DNA of 54,273 nt from IMG/VR virus record IMGVR_UViG_3300043431_000269, positions 1 to 54,273 of that record. One strand, given 5' to 3'. Shown here in pieces: positions 28,671 to 37,551 of this stretch (positions are counted from its first letter, which is position 1; every line of letters starts with the position of its first letter). The DNA comes from a virus (Duplodnaviria > Caudoviricetes). The translations under genes were made by a program, and so were the position numbers. Under the pieces are notes generated by a model. That model searched no databases. It was not told the origin of the DNA and worked only from the letters and a program-made list of their open reading frames with translations.

Positions 28671-28898
28671 TCAACCGAAATCCGGTCGATTTACTCCGAA
28701 ATCCACTCCGATATGCGGGGAGTGACGGGGAACCGAGGGGCGCCAAGTCCTTGATCTACAAGCCGATTGCTACCCCTCGGTCCCCCTCGATTTCCCGTAA
28801 ATTGGGGTTCGAATCCCCTACAAGACGCCCGCTATGTATTTGATTACAAAGCGGTTTTAGCTGAAACCGGAGCATCTACTCTGGTTCTACTCCGAAAT
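28671..28898. other. attP-like site (tRNA 3'-end core, arm repeats, IHF-like sites)
   Basis: core GGGGTTCGAATCCCCTACAAGACGCC (28804-28829); TACTCCGAAAT at 28692 and 28888, variants at 28704 and 28877; IHF-like CAAGTCCTTGATC (28744) and TATGTATTTGATT (28833). Confidence 0.75.
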
Positions 28899-29035
28899 TA
28901 ACCAGCTAAGTGCCCGGTTGCGGCCGTGGGCCGCAGGTCCAGCGTCGGGCGAAGTTCGTGGCCCTTCCATTAGAGCCGCACTTCGATTCGGTCTCCGGCC
29001 GGCCTCACGCCGCCGTTGACGACCTTTCTACCCAT
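28898..29035 (-). pseudogene. int: tyrosine integrase remnant (arm-binding N-terminus only)
   Basis: MGRKVVNGGVRPAGDRIEVRL*WKGHELRPTLDLRPTAA: in-frame stop, then truncation; overlaps xis end and abuts attP. Confidence 0.72.
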
Positions 29036-29199
29036 TTGGAGTATTCCTGCATGTCGATATGGATGCGCCCGTCCGGGGCGCGTCGGTACTGCTTGCCTTC
29101 GAGCCAAATCCCGTCTTCGATTTTGCGCCGCACCGCCTTCTCGGTATAGCCGGTGGCGGCGCAAAATCTCGGGATCAAGACGTACCTACAGTCGCTCAC
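29005..29199 (-). CDS. xis: excisionase
   Basis: RYVLIPRFCAATGYTEKAVRRKIEDGIWLEGKQYRRAPDGRIHID..YSKWV, classic Xis family; GTGA overlap. Confidence 0.85.
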   Translation of the reverse strand: MSDCRYVLIPRFCAATGYTEKAVRRKIEDGIWLEGKQYRRAPDGRIHIDMQEYSKWVERSSTAA

Positions 29200-29399
29200 G
29201 ATTGGTTCAGTCGGCGGCGCTGCTCGCGCTCCCAGCCATCGCGGCACTCGTGGTTGCAGAAGCGCGCCGTGGGATCGACCTGCTCGTCGCAGTAGTGACA
29301 CTTGCCGGACGGCGCGGGGCCTGCCGGCCGCCTGCTGTTGGACAGGTTGGCGAGCATGTCGGACTCGGCGCGGGCTTCGGTGATGTCAGCGTCGTCCAT
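29196..29399 (-). CDS. DksA/TraR-like C4 zinc-finger protein
   Basis: MDDADI N-terminus, CHYC...FCNHEC. Confidence 0.65.
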   Translation of the reverse strand: MDDADITEARAESDMLANLSNSRRPAGPAPSGKCHYCDEQVDPTARFCNHECRDGWEREQRRRLNQS

Positions 29400-29400
29400 G

Positions 29401-29742
29401 TCATGCCACCTTCTGTTCCAGTTGCTCGATGTCGGCCTTGAGTTCAGCGGCTGCTTCGGCTTGCTTGGCTGCGCGCGCGCGGTCGATCACGTCGCGCACG
29501 TCAGCCCCCGGGGTGCCAATGACGCGCGGGGTCGGGTTCTTCTCGACGACCGCCCAGGCGCTACCGATGCAGGTCAGCGAGAACTCGCCGTTGCCGAGGA
29601 AGTCGAGCCGGGCGGTTTCGAGGTTTTCGTGCAGCTCGTCGTCCGACGATCGCCCAATGTTCATCATCGCCATGAGCATCACACCGCAGATGGCCCCGAC
29701 AAAGAGGCCGATCACGGCGCTCCAGAGAGAAAAGTTGCCCAT
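29401..29742 (-). CDS. hypothetical protein with N-terminal TM helix
   Basis: IGLFVGAICGVMLMAMM; RLDFL motif. Confidence 0.65.
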   Translation of the reverse strand: MGNFSLWSAVIGLFVGAICGVMLMAMMNIGRSSDDELHENLETARLDFLGNGEFSLTCIGSAWAVVEKNPTPRVIGTPGADVRDVIDRARAAKQAEAAAELKADIEQLEQKVA

Positions 29743-29747
29743 GATGT

Positions 29748-30359
29748 TCAGACCTCACCGCGTTCTTTGAGCACCGCCATGCCGGCGTACACGATCGCGC
29801 CGAGCACTTCGGTGATGAAGGCGTCACCTTGGCGCAGGCTCGCCGCTTCTTCGAGCTTCTTGGCCGACTGGCCGGTCAGGAAGCCGCGCCCGTGCAGGCG
29901 CGCGTAGTGCGCCCAGGGCTGCTCGGTGAACGGCGCCACGGCGCCGCCGTGGCGCTTGCCCTTGCCATACATGGCCTGCTCGATCGCATCCATGAAGACA
30001 GCGTGCAGGGGATGGCCGGAAGGGCTGTCGGCGACAGCATCCTGGACCCAGCACTGGCCGTCGAAACGGAATCCCAGGCCGTTCAGCGTTTCCACGGCCA
30101 GCGCCTCGGCGTCAACCTTCGCGGGGGACAGGCTGACCAGCTCGATCAGATCGTGCAGCTCGTTCCGGCAGACGCGACCGGGGTCGGCTTTGCCGTCGCC
30201 GTCAACTTCGTAAACCCAGCTTTCGCGGATTCCGTCATCGACCTTGACCGAGAACTGTTTGGTGAAACCAGCCCACATCCAGGCTTGCACCGTCCCGTAC
30301 ACGCCACTGCGCATCTTCCACGTCTGACCCACTTGTATCTCTTGGTTGCCTACTGCCAT
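29748..30359 (-). CDS. hypothetical protein; helical C-terminal domain possibly of all-alpha NTP-PPase type
   Basis: GGAGAGG RBS; QAMYGKGKRH..F.EQP..GFLTGQSAKKLEEA..EVLGAIVY; function is inference. Confidence 0.6.
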   Translation of the reverse strand: MAVGNQEIQVGQTWKMRSGVYGTVQAWMWAGFTKQFSVKVDDGIRESWVYEVDGDGKADPGRVCRNELHDLIELVSLSPAKVDAEALAVETLNGLGFRFDGQCWVQDAVADSPSGHPLHAVFMDAIEQAMYGKGKRHGGAVAPFTEQPWAHYARLHGRGFLTGQSAKKLEEAASLRQGDAFITEVLGAIVYAGMAVLKERGEV

Positions 30360-30455
30360 CTACCTCTCCTGTTGCTGGTTGGGATGGCTTATTGTTTCGC
30401 AACTGCTAAATTTTAGCAAGTGGTTTTTGTCGAGGAACGCAACATTTTTGCGAGC

Positions 30456-31883
30456 TTACCGCTGGGACTTCATAGCCGCCTTGAGCGAGTCCTGCACGCT
30501 CATTTTGTGCTTCAGGCGCGGCAGGACCGAGTGTTCCTCGATCGTGTCCCTGGCGACGATCCGGTAGCGAAAAACCGAGCGGTTGTAGCCCGATTGAAGC
30601 TGTCGGGTCGGACCCAGGCGCTCGATGACCTGCTCGTCGTATTCGAGGTTGAAGCCGCTGGCGAAGTCCACGAGGATGCGCCCACCGTGCTGCAGGGAGA
30701 GGCCGTGACCGGCGCTCTGCGGGTGGCAGACCAGCATCTTGATCTGCCCGGTGTTCCACTGGTCCTCGGTGCGCGGATTCGTGTCGAGGAAGCGCGCTTT
30801 CGGGAATGCCTTGAGGATGCGCTGCAGATCGGATTGGAACTGGTAGGTGACGAGCAGGTTCTCGCCGTTGGTTTCCTCTACGATCGACTTCAGTGCCTCG
30901 ATCTTCTCGTCGTGTACGGCCTCCCAGGCTTTGCTGTCGGTGTCGTGGATCACGGCGCCATGCGCGATCTGCAGGCACTTGTTCAACTTGGCGCCAGCAT
31001 TGAACACCTCCACCGGGATACCCTGGCCCACGAGCGTGAACAGCTCCTTCTCCATCTCGCGGTACTTCTTGCGAGCTGGCGCTGGAAGATCGACCATGAT
31101 GTGCCGCTCGATCACGTCCTCGATTGGGAACCAGTCGCGTGCATCGACGGTGATGCTGGTCTGCGCGAGTAGGGCCTCAACCTCGCGCTGGGCGAACGGC
31201 AGCGGCTCAATCTGCGAGTAGCCGTCGCCGCCAGGGACTGCGCGGAACCAGCGGTTCGTGAACGCAGTGAACGACGATCCCAGGCGCAGCCCGGCGTCCA
31301 CGAACCACTGCTGGCCCCAGCAGTCAACGATTCCGTTGGGCGCCGGGGAGCCGGTCAAGTTGATCCAGTTCTTGACCTTAGTGTGCGCCACGCGCGCCAG
31401 CAGCTTGGCGCGGCCGGCGCCCTGGCCGGTGATGTATTGCTTGCCCTTGCTGCTCGTCTGGATTGAGATTCGCAGACCCTTGAGGCGCGTTGACTCGTCT
31501 GCAAAAACAGTGTCGAACGGCCATTCTTCCCCGTACTGATCCATCAACCACTCGATGTTGTCGTAGTTGATCGACAGAATATCGGGCGTGGATCGAAGTG
31601 CGGCCAGGCGCTGATCTGGCGTGCCGATAGCGGCCGCCACGCGCAGGTGGCCGAAGCTCTCGGCCCACTTCTCGCGCTCGCGCGGCCAGGCCGACAGCGC
31701 CACGCGCTTGGGTGCCAAGACCAGCGCGCGCTTGGCCTCGCCCATCATGCGCTTGGCGTCGAAGATCGAGTAGGCCGCTGCGGTCTTGCCCATCCCGGGC
31801 GAAGCGAAGACGTTGCAGCGGTCGTGATTGAGCGCGAAGTGTTCGATCAGGCGTTGGTATTCGCGCGCGGTGAAACAGCTCAC
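30456..31883 (-). CDS. SNF2-like superfamily 2 helicase
   Basis: PGMGKT, LVLAP, ADEST, LTGSP, HPQSAGHGLSLQ, QVIERL..RQ. Confidence 0.92.
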   Translation of the reverse strand: MSCFTAREYQRLIEHFALNHDRCNVFASPGMGKTAAAYSIFDAKRMMGEAKRALVLAPKRVALSAWPREREKWAESFGHLRVAAAIGTPDQRLAALRSTPDILSINYDNIEWLMDQYGEEWPFDTVFADESTRLKGLRISIQTSSKGKQYITGQGAGRAKLLARVAHTKVKNWINLTGSPAPNGIVDCWGQQWFVDAGLRLGSSFTAFTNRWFRAVPGGDGYSQIEPLPFAQREVEALLAQTSITVDARDWFPIEDVIERHIMVDLPAPARKKYREMEKELFTLVGQGIPVEVFNAGAKLNKCLQIAHGAVIHDTDSKAWEAVHDEKIEALKSIVEETNGENLLVTYQFQSDLQRILKAFPKARFLDTNPRTEDQWNTGQIKMLVCHPQSAGHGLSLQHGGRILVDFASGFNLEYDEQVIERLGPTRQLQSGYNRSVFRYRIVARDTIEEHSVLPRLKHKMSVQDSLKAAMKSQR

Positions 31884-32320
31884 ACGAAGTCCGTGAGATT
31901 CGGCTTGAAGTAGAGCGGCCCCTTGGCAATCTTGCCGTTGGCATCGAAGACCGGCTTGCCGTCAGCGTCGAACTTCGACCAGTTGCTCGCGTTGACCTCG
32001 CACAGCGCGCCGTCCGCGTCCATGCCGTGCATGTGCGCGCAGCCGGCCGCCGTCACGATCTGGTCGCACACCGAGTCGATGAACTCGACCCGGTTGGTCA
32101 CTTCGACCGCGAGGTTCATCGACTTCAGGCCGTTGGCGAGCGACGACACGGCGCGCAGCGCCTCGTCCAGAGCCAGGCGGCTCTCGCGGTCAGTGCCGCG
32201 CAGCGCCTCCAACATCTCGGCGACTTCTTCGAGATGCACACCAAGCTGGACGTTGCGGTTCCTGTTGGACGGCTCGGGCACGGCACGCTTGAACCAGAGT
32301 TGAATCAGGGAGATGGTCAC
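31880..32320 (-). CDS. MazG-like/PRA-PH nucleoside triphosphate pyrophosphohydrolase
   Basis: HLEEVAEM, DSVCDQIVT, EVNASNWSKF..G.P..DANGKIAKG..YFKPNL. Confidence 0.85.
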   Translation of the reverse strand: MTISLIQLWFKRAVPEPSNRNRNVQLGVHLEEVAEMLEALRGTDRESRLALDEALRAVSSLANGLKSMNLAVEVTNRVEFIDSVCDQIVTAAGCAHMHGMDADGALCEVNASNWSKFDADGKPVFDANGKIAKGPLYFKPNLTDFV

Positions 32321-32607
32321 GGTTTACCTTTCGGTTTTGGGGGAAGAATTCGGTCGATGTCGGCGAACGTGGCGACGACATGCACCTCGAAGCCGGCCGC
32401 GCGCAGCCGCTCGTGCTCGCGCGCCTGGTGGGGCTCTGGCACCTCGCCGGGCCGCTTGCACTCGACCAGCATGTGCCGGCCTGGCAGCAGGATCAGGTCA
32501 TCGTTGGCGGCGCGCCGGCCGATCCACTTCAGGCGCCGATAGTCGCCGCCGAGTTCCTTGGCTCGGCGGTGCAGGTACGCCTCGATCTGGCTCTCTCGGA
32601 TCGTCAT
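32317..32607 (-). CDS. VRR-NUC nuclease
   Basis: RESQIE...DDLILL...VECKRPG...Q.REHERLR..GFEVHVV. Confidence 0.88.
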   Translation of the reverse strand: MTIRESQIEAYLHRRAKELGGDYRRLKWIGRRAANDDLILLPGRHMLVECKRPGEVPEPHQAREHERLRAAGFEVHVVATFADIDRILPPKPKGKP

Positions 32608-34637
32608 GCCATCGCCCCGATGTCGGCCAGGATGCCGTTGGCGGTTGCGATATAGCGCGTATAGTCGATGTCCGATGGGAATTCATCGGTCAAATCCATG
32701 AGCACGGCAGCACCCTCGCTGTTTGGGACCTTGTTGCGGTTCCCCTTCGAGTTCTTGGTCTTGTAGTGCAGAGCGCGCTGCTCGCCAGCGGAGAAATACC
32801 AGCGCACGACCTTGCCGTAGAAGTAGGTCTCGTCTTCGCCGCAGTGCATGCGGTATGCCGTCTCGGCGTCGTAGCCGCACCCGTCAGGGATGTAGTCGAA
32901 TTTGGCCGTTGCGAGCGGTCCCGGGGCTGTCTGAATCCAGCCTGCCGCGAGCAGCGCGTCGCGCTTGCGGCCGAGGGTCAGGGTGTCGTCGTAGGAGGTG
33001 CGGGTGACACGCACGCAGCCGCCCTGGACCGTGCGGACGGTGAGGAACTGGCGGATGTCCCGGCAGCGCAAGATCGTCTCGGCCACCGGCACGCCGCGCT
33101 CCAAGTAGAGCTTTACCGCCTCAGAGCAAATCGAGTCCTGCGGGTTCTTTGAAATCGACACTTTGCCAAAGGCGCCTTTTCCCTTGATCCAGCCCTCGCG
33201 CTCCATTTCAGCAAACGCTTTGGAGTCGGCGCCGAGCTTGTTCATGTAGTAGTCCCGGTCCTTGATGGCGATGTAGTTGTTCACGTCACGAGACGCGAGC
33301 AGCTTGTATCGGGTGTCCTCCATCTCGAAGCCAGTGTTGCGCTCCCACTCAGCAACGATGTTCCGCACATCGCCCTCACGAGAGGCGTCGAACTTCAGCA
33401 CAATGCCGTCAGTGTTGGCAGACACCACGGAGATTCCAGCGCGCTCCAACCGCTCAATGAGCATGAGCAGCGCCAATTGTCCGGTGACAGTCACTTGGAT
33501 CATTAGGTCGGGCGCGTACAGCGCCGACCACATAGAGCCCAATTTCCCAAAAGACCCATTGATCACGATCTTGAGGAAGTTAGCCGCAACGCTGTCGCCA
33601 GATCGCTTGGCCGCCAGGCGCCGAGAGACGATCGAGCTATAGACCTTGAGGAAGGCGTCAGTGAGGTGCTTCGGGAACAGGCCGCAATTGAGCACGATCC
33701 TCGGATAGTAGCTCGCCACGTCGAAGTCCGACAGCACCGTCGAGCCCTCGGCGACATGCGCCTGGCGCTGCTCGCTGCTGTGCAGGCCGCCGATGCCCAT
33801 GCGGTAGTCGCTGGTGCCGATCTTGATGACAGCGCCAGCGAGGCACGCCGGCTCAATCGGCGCGCCGTTCTTGTCGATGACGAACTCAGCCCGCTCGATC
33901 TCGGCCAGCTTCTCGCGCAGCACCGGGCTCTCGAATCCCAGGAACGCTGGCGCCTTGTAGCGGAACACTGTCCCCGGCGGGATGGTCGGCCGGGTGACGC
34001 GGTGGCCGAGGATCGCGCTGACCTCCTTGCGGATCACGGCCTCTGCGACCTGGGCGTCGGACTTCGAGCGCAGGTCCACGCCGTACTCCGCGCTCATTAC
34101 CGCGCGCAGGTCGATCTGCTTGCGTAGGTGCTTGAACAGGTCGATCGTGGTGTCTAGGTCGTTCTCGCAGTAGCGGTCGATGCCTTCGCGCTGCTCGGGT
34201 GCGATGCGCGCGCCTGGGTCGAGCGGCAGGTCTTGGAGGCGCCGGCTGTGCAACCGGCCGCCGTACAGCTTCAGCGACGCCTGGCCCGGGGCCACTTCGA
34301 TCAGGTCGATGTGGTCGATCCAATCCGGTCGCTCCAGGTCGTAGTGCTCGTAGAACTCCCAACTGGTGTGGTTCCCTACGATCACCCAATCGGTCGCGGC
34401 CTTCAGTTCGTCGATGCTGGCGCCACGCAGGGCTAGCATGAGCATCGGGATGTCGTAGCCGTTGCCGTTGAAGGTGATGATGGTGTGGGTAGCCAGGATT
34501 CGACGGATCGTTGCCGTGTCGAGGGCTTTCCCAGGGTAGGCGTCGTAGGACCGAGTGACCCCGGATTCGATGGCCTTGAACTTAGCGAGGTAGAAGTCGT
34601 AGAAACATTCTGTGTCGAGTACGAGCAGCTTTTTCAT
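32604..34637 (-). CDS. DNA polymerase, family B-like, with 3'-5' exonuclease domain
   Basis: Exo LDTEC, FNGNGYD, YCEND; pol DVASYYP, KIVINGSFGK, SANTDG. Confidence 0.9.
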   Translation of the reverse strand: MKKLLVLDTECFYDFYLAKFKAIESGVTRSYDAYPGKALDTATIRRILATHTIITFNGNGYDIPMLMLALRGASIDELKAATDWVIVGNHTSWEFYEHYDLERPDWIDHIDLIEVAPGQASLKLYGGRLHSRRLQDLPLDPGARIAPEQREGIDRYCENDLDTTIDLFKHLRKQIDLRAVMSAEYGVDLRSKSDAQVAEAVIRKEVSAILGHRVTRPTIPPGTVFRYKAPAFLGFESPVLREKLAEIERAEFVIDKNGAPIEPACLAGAVIKIGTSDYRMGIGGLHSSEQRQAHVAEGSTVLSDFDVASYYPRIVLNCGLFPKHLTDAFLKVYSSIVSRRLAAKRSGDSVAANFLKIVINGSFGKLGSMWSALYAPDLMIQVTVTGQLALLMLIERLERAGISVVSANTDGIVLKFDASREGDVRNIVAEWERNTGFEMEDTRYKLLASRDVNNYIAIKDRDYYMNKLGADSKAFAEMEREGWIKGKGAFGKVSISKNPQDSICSEAVKLYLERGVPVAETILRCRDIRQFLTVRTVQGGCVRVTRTSYDDTLTLGRKRDALLAAGWIQTAPGPLATAKFDYIPDGCGYDAETAYRMHCGEDETYFYGKVVRWYFSAGEQRALHYKTKNSKGNRNKVPNSEGAAVLMDLTDEFPSDIDYTRYIATANGILADIGAMA

Positions 34638-34727
34638 CGGTCAATCAGTTCAGGTTTTTAGCGAAGGCGCACAACACCCTCGCTAAAAACCCCCGGCAGT
34701 TGGCCGGGAGCTGGCTGGCGCTGGAGA

Positions 34728-35009
34728 TCAGGCCACGCGCCAGACGCCGACGACGGACTCGCCGGTTTCCGGGTGGGTGGCGGCGCGCGCGCGGAACTTG
34801 CGGCCCGGGAACTTCTTGCTCACGCGGACGCAGGCGCTCGCCATGCGCTTGACGGCGTGCTCGGTGGTTTCGGCTTCGTTCTTCTCGTCGGCCGGGTTGG
34901 TCTCGATGAAGAAGCTCTGGCCCACTTCGAGGTCTTCCGTGGGGTAGCGGGCCGATGGGCCTTTGCGGACGACGTTGGGGATAGAGACGCCGTTGAAAAC
35001 GCGGATCAT
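34728..35009 (-). CDS. small putative DNA-binding protein
   Basis: AAGGA RBS; RYP..LEVGQSFF...VGVWRV pattern. Confidence 0.65.
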   Translation of the reverse strand: MIRVFNGVSIPNVVRKGPSARYPTEDLEVGQSFFIETNPADEKNEAETTEHAVKRMASACVRVSKKFPGRKFRARAATHPETGESVVGVWRVA

Positions 35010-35071
35010 GGTGATTTCCTTTCGGTGAAGACTGCCGGCAGCGGCCGGCGCGTGAGGTTTTGGATTGAGGG

Positions 35072-35353
35072 TCAGCGGTTCCTGAGCAGCCCGACCGCGA
35101 CGACGGGCCACCAGAAGATGAAATAGAGGTAGGTGACGAACAGGGCGACGGCCGCGACGGCGGCGAGCTTGGCGGCAGTCACCATGCCGAGCTGCAGTGC
35201 GTCGTGCTTCAAGGTGCCATTGCGCATGGCCGCCTCGTTGTCGCGCTCCTGCAGGTGGATGAAGAATCCACGGACGGCCGAGCACGTTGCGATCGCAGCG
35301 CACACTGCGCCGAGCAGCAGGTAAGTGGAGAGGGCGAAGATCATGTTGATCAT
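35072..35353 (-). CDS. hypothetical membrane protein
   Basis: two long hydrophobic segments. Confidence 0.6.
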   Translation of the reverse strand: MINMIFALSTYLLLGAVCAAIATCSAVRGFFIHLQERDNEAAMRNGTLKHDALQLGMVTAAKLAAVAAVALFVTYLYFIFWWPVVAVGLLRNR

Positions 35354-35374
35354 GGGGCCGGAGCCCCACGTCCC

Positions 35375-35977
35375 TTAGAACAGATCGGCCTCGGAGATCG
35401 CGCCAACTGGCTCGGCGCCTTCCACGTCGTCGAAGCCGTCAGCCGTGCCAGGTGCGGCGCCGAACGATTCGCCGTCCGCGACGAACTGGACCGTCAGCAG
35501 CGTGGCGTAAATCTGGTTCGGAATCTTCTCCTTGGCCTTCATAGCCTTGATGTCCACCTTCACGTTCACGTAGCAGCCGCCGTAGGGCTTGCCGCCTTCT
35601 TCAGTGAGCACCGGGAACTGGCCGTCTGCGCCCTTGCGCGGGCCGATCAGCAGCGGCTTGGCGCGGTTGCGGGCCACGAGGTACAGCTTGCCGTGGTAGC
35701 CGTCACGCACGGCGCCGTCCTTGGTCAAGTTGTCGTCGCCCTTGCGCAAGCACTTCTTGGACTTCTCCATCGCGCCAACGATGGCTTGCCAGTTGGCGCC
35801 GAAGGTTTCCTGGGCAGCCTGCGTCAAGGCGTCCTTGGCTTGTTTGGCGGCATCGCTTTCCATGTCGATGATGAACTGCGCGCCGTACTTCGGTGCGTCG
35901 CCTTCGTTCATGGGCTTGCCCGGCTTGAACAGATCGGGGTAGGAGAGACGCACGTTCTTGAGGATGACGATGGACAT
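35375..35977 (-). CDS. DUF2815-family ssDNA-binding/annealing protein
   Basis: VRLSYPDLFKP, LRKGD, PYGGCYVN, VQFVADGESFG, acidic tail ending LF. Confidence 0.88.
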   Translation of the reverse strand: MSIVILKNVRLSYPDLFKPGKPMNEGDAPKYGAQFIIDMESDAAKQAKDALTQAAQETFGANWQAIVGAMEKSKKCLRKGDDNLTKDGAVRDGYHGKLYLVARNRAKPLLIGPRKGADGQFPVLTEEGGKPYGGCYVNVKVDIKAMKAKEKIPNQIYATLLTVQFVADGESFGAAPGTADGFDDVEGAEPVGAISEADLF

Positions 35978-36006
35978 TTTGTTTCTCAGTATTGCAAGTT
36001 GAAGAT

Positions 36007-37365
36007 TCAGAACAGGTCACTGTTGTCGGTTGGCGGTACGTCTCCGAAGCCTTCGCTCGAAATATCGAGCTTGGGGCGCGGGTCAGTGTGTGGCGCGATG
36101 ACGGGTTTAGCGTCAGGCGTATAGATGTGTTCTGCTAAACGCTTCCACTTTATTTTACCAATGGGTTTAGCGGATTGTCCATCTTTTCTTTTACCTTTTT
36201 GCGTCTCGGCGAGTTTTTCTGCTGCCGAGGGAGTGATCAGCTTGCGGGTGTACATGACATCGGGCTTGATCCGCATCTCAAGCATGAGGGCTTCGATAGC
36301 GGATTCGTCCACCCATTGCCGATGCGGCGCGCGGCCCGCGACGAGCTTGTAGCGCATACCCTCGGAGTCAAGCAGCGTTTTCCCAGCGGCCAGCTCGTTT
36401 AACGCCTTTTTCTCCACGTCGTTGCACCACTGGCGAATCAACCCGACCTTGCTGTAGAGCAAACCCAGGTTGGGCAATGCGATTGGCTTAGGCCGCGCGC
36501 TCGACACGTCCTCGAAGCCCTCCAAACACGACGACAGGGCCATCGCTTGTCGCGCGTGGCAGTCCATGCGCGCCCGGCAGAAGTGGCAGTTGTCTTGCGA
36601 CGGTACGAACTCGGGTTTGTTGTCTGCCAGCCAGGCGCGGCTCTTGATCCATTCACCGAGTTCGAGCAGTTCTTCCAGGCTGCATGTGTACTCGCTCACC
36701 GCGCGCAGGTAGGGCTGGACGATGATGGTTTTCACCGTCTTGAAGTCACCCATCAACCCGTACTTCTCGTAGGCGCCGAGCAGGTACATTGCACATTGCA
36801 GGTTCATGCGCAGCTTCGGCGGTATGGGCGTGCCATCCATCACGTCGAACGACGCTTCCTCAATTTCGTCGTAGGCGGGCACCCGGCCACGGCCGAACTT
36901 TGCGTCGATGCAAATCAGGGTGTCGCCTGCAATCAGAATCACGTCTGAGGTGCCAGTGGCCCCTGTCTCGCCCGTGATGTGGCTGATCGGGACCCGCTGC
37001 TCGACGATCATCTCGGCGCCCTGGGTGGCGACGAGATCGCGGACGAAGGTGATGTAGATGCGGCAAGCATCCACCATGTCCTGATCGATCTCGACAATCG
37101 CGCGCCCCGGCGTGCCGGGCGGGAACGCGCTGATCCAGTCTTCCCGGCCGCCGTCCGCAGGAAACAGCATCCCCCGGCCGAGATACGTCTGCGGGTCAGC
37201 GCCGCTGATCAGGCACTCGGCGGAAACTTGGTGGCAGGCGGTCCCGTTGCGCGCCGCCTCGCTGCCGGAATCAGGCTTGCCATCTTGAGCGGCAACCGAT
37301 GCTGTGCATGAAGTCCAACGAAACGCCGATGACGGCGACTTGCTGGCGTGGAGCTTCACGGTCAT
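36007..37365 (-). CDS. DUF2800-family PD-(D/E)XK exonuclease
   Basis: SPSSAFRWTSC, GTACH, EQRV, GTSD, IDAKFGRG, NLQCAMY, IVQP, CHFCRA..C. Confidence 0.88.
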   Translation of the reverse strand: MTVKLHASKSPSSAFRWTSCTASVAAQDGKPDSGSEAARNGTACHQVSAECLISGADPQTYLGRGMLFPADGGREDWISAFPPGTPGRAIVEIDQDMVDACRIYITFVRDLVATQGAEMIVEQRVPISHITGETGATGTSDVILIAGDTLICIDAKFGRGRVPAYDEIEEASFDVMDGTPIPPKLRMNLQCAMYLLGAYEKYGLMGDFKTVKTIIVQPYLRAVSEYTCSLEELLELGEWIKSRAWLADNKPEFVPSQDNCHFCRARMDCHARQAMALSSCLEGFEDVSSARPKPIALPNLGLLYSKVGLIRQWCNDVEKKALNELAAGKTLLDSEGMRYKLVAGRAPHRQWVDESAIEALMLEMRIKPDVMYTRKLITPSAAEKLAETQKGKRKDGQSAKPIGKIKWKRLAEHIYTPDAKPVIAPHTDPRPKLDISSEGFGDVPPTDNSDLF

Positions 37366-37408
37366 TGGGCACTCCCTTCTGCTGCTTTGGCAGCGGCTTC
37401 TTGCGTGC

Positions 37409-37546
37409 TCATTTGACCCCCGAGACGAAGTAGAGATAGATCGTCCAGAGGACAATGCAGAAATTAAGCAGTCGAGCCACTTTGTCGTGCGTCGTCATCA
37501 TGCCGAAGGCATGAATGACCGCCATCGCAATGAGAAAGGCGGTCAT
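37409..37546 (-). CDS. 45-aa membrane protein
   Basis: MTAFLIAMAVIHAFG...LLNFCIVLWTIYLYFVSGVK; fills the gap in the operon. Confidence 0.5.
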   Translation of the reverse strand: MTAFLIAMAVIHAFGMMTTHDKVARLLNFCIVLWTIYLYFVSGVK

Positions 37547-37551
37547 GACGA

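Noticed and set aside
28804-28829. tRNA gene
   Set aside because: Only a T-arm and partial acceptor strand; no D or anticodon arm upstream; better explained as an att core
36007-37365. CRISPR-associated Cas4
   Set aside because: Cas4-like fold, but in the standard DUF2800-DUF2815-polymerase replication context
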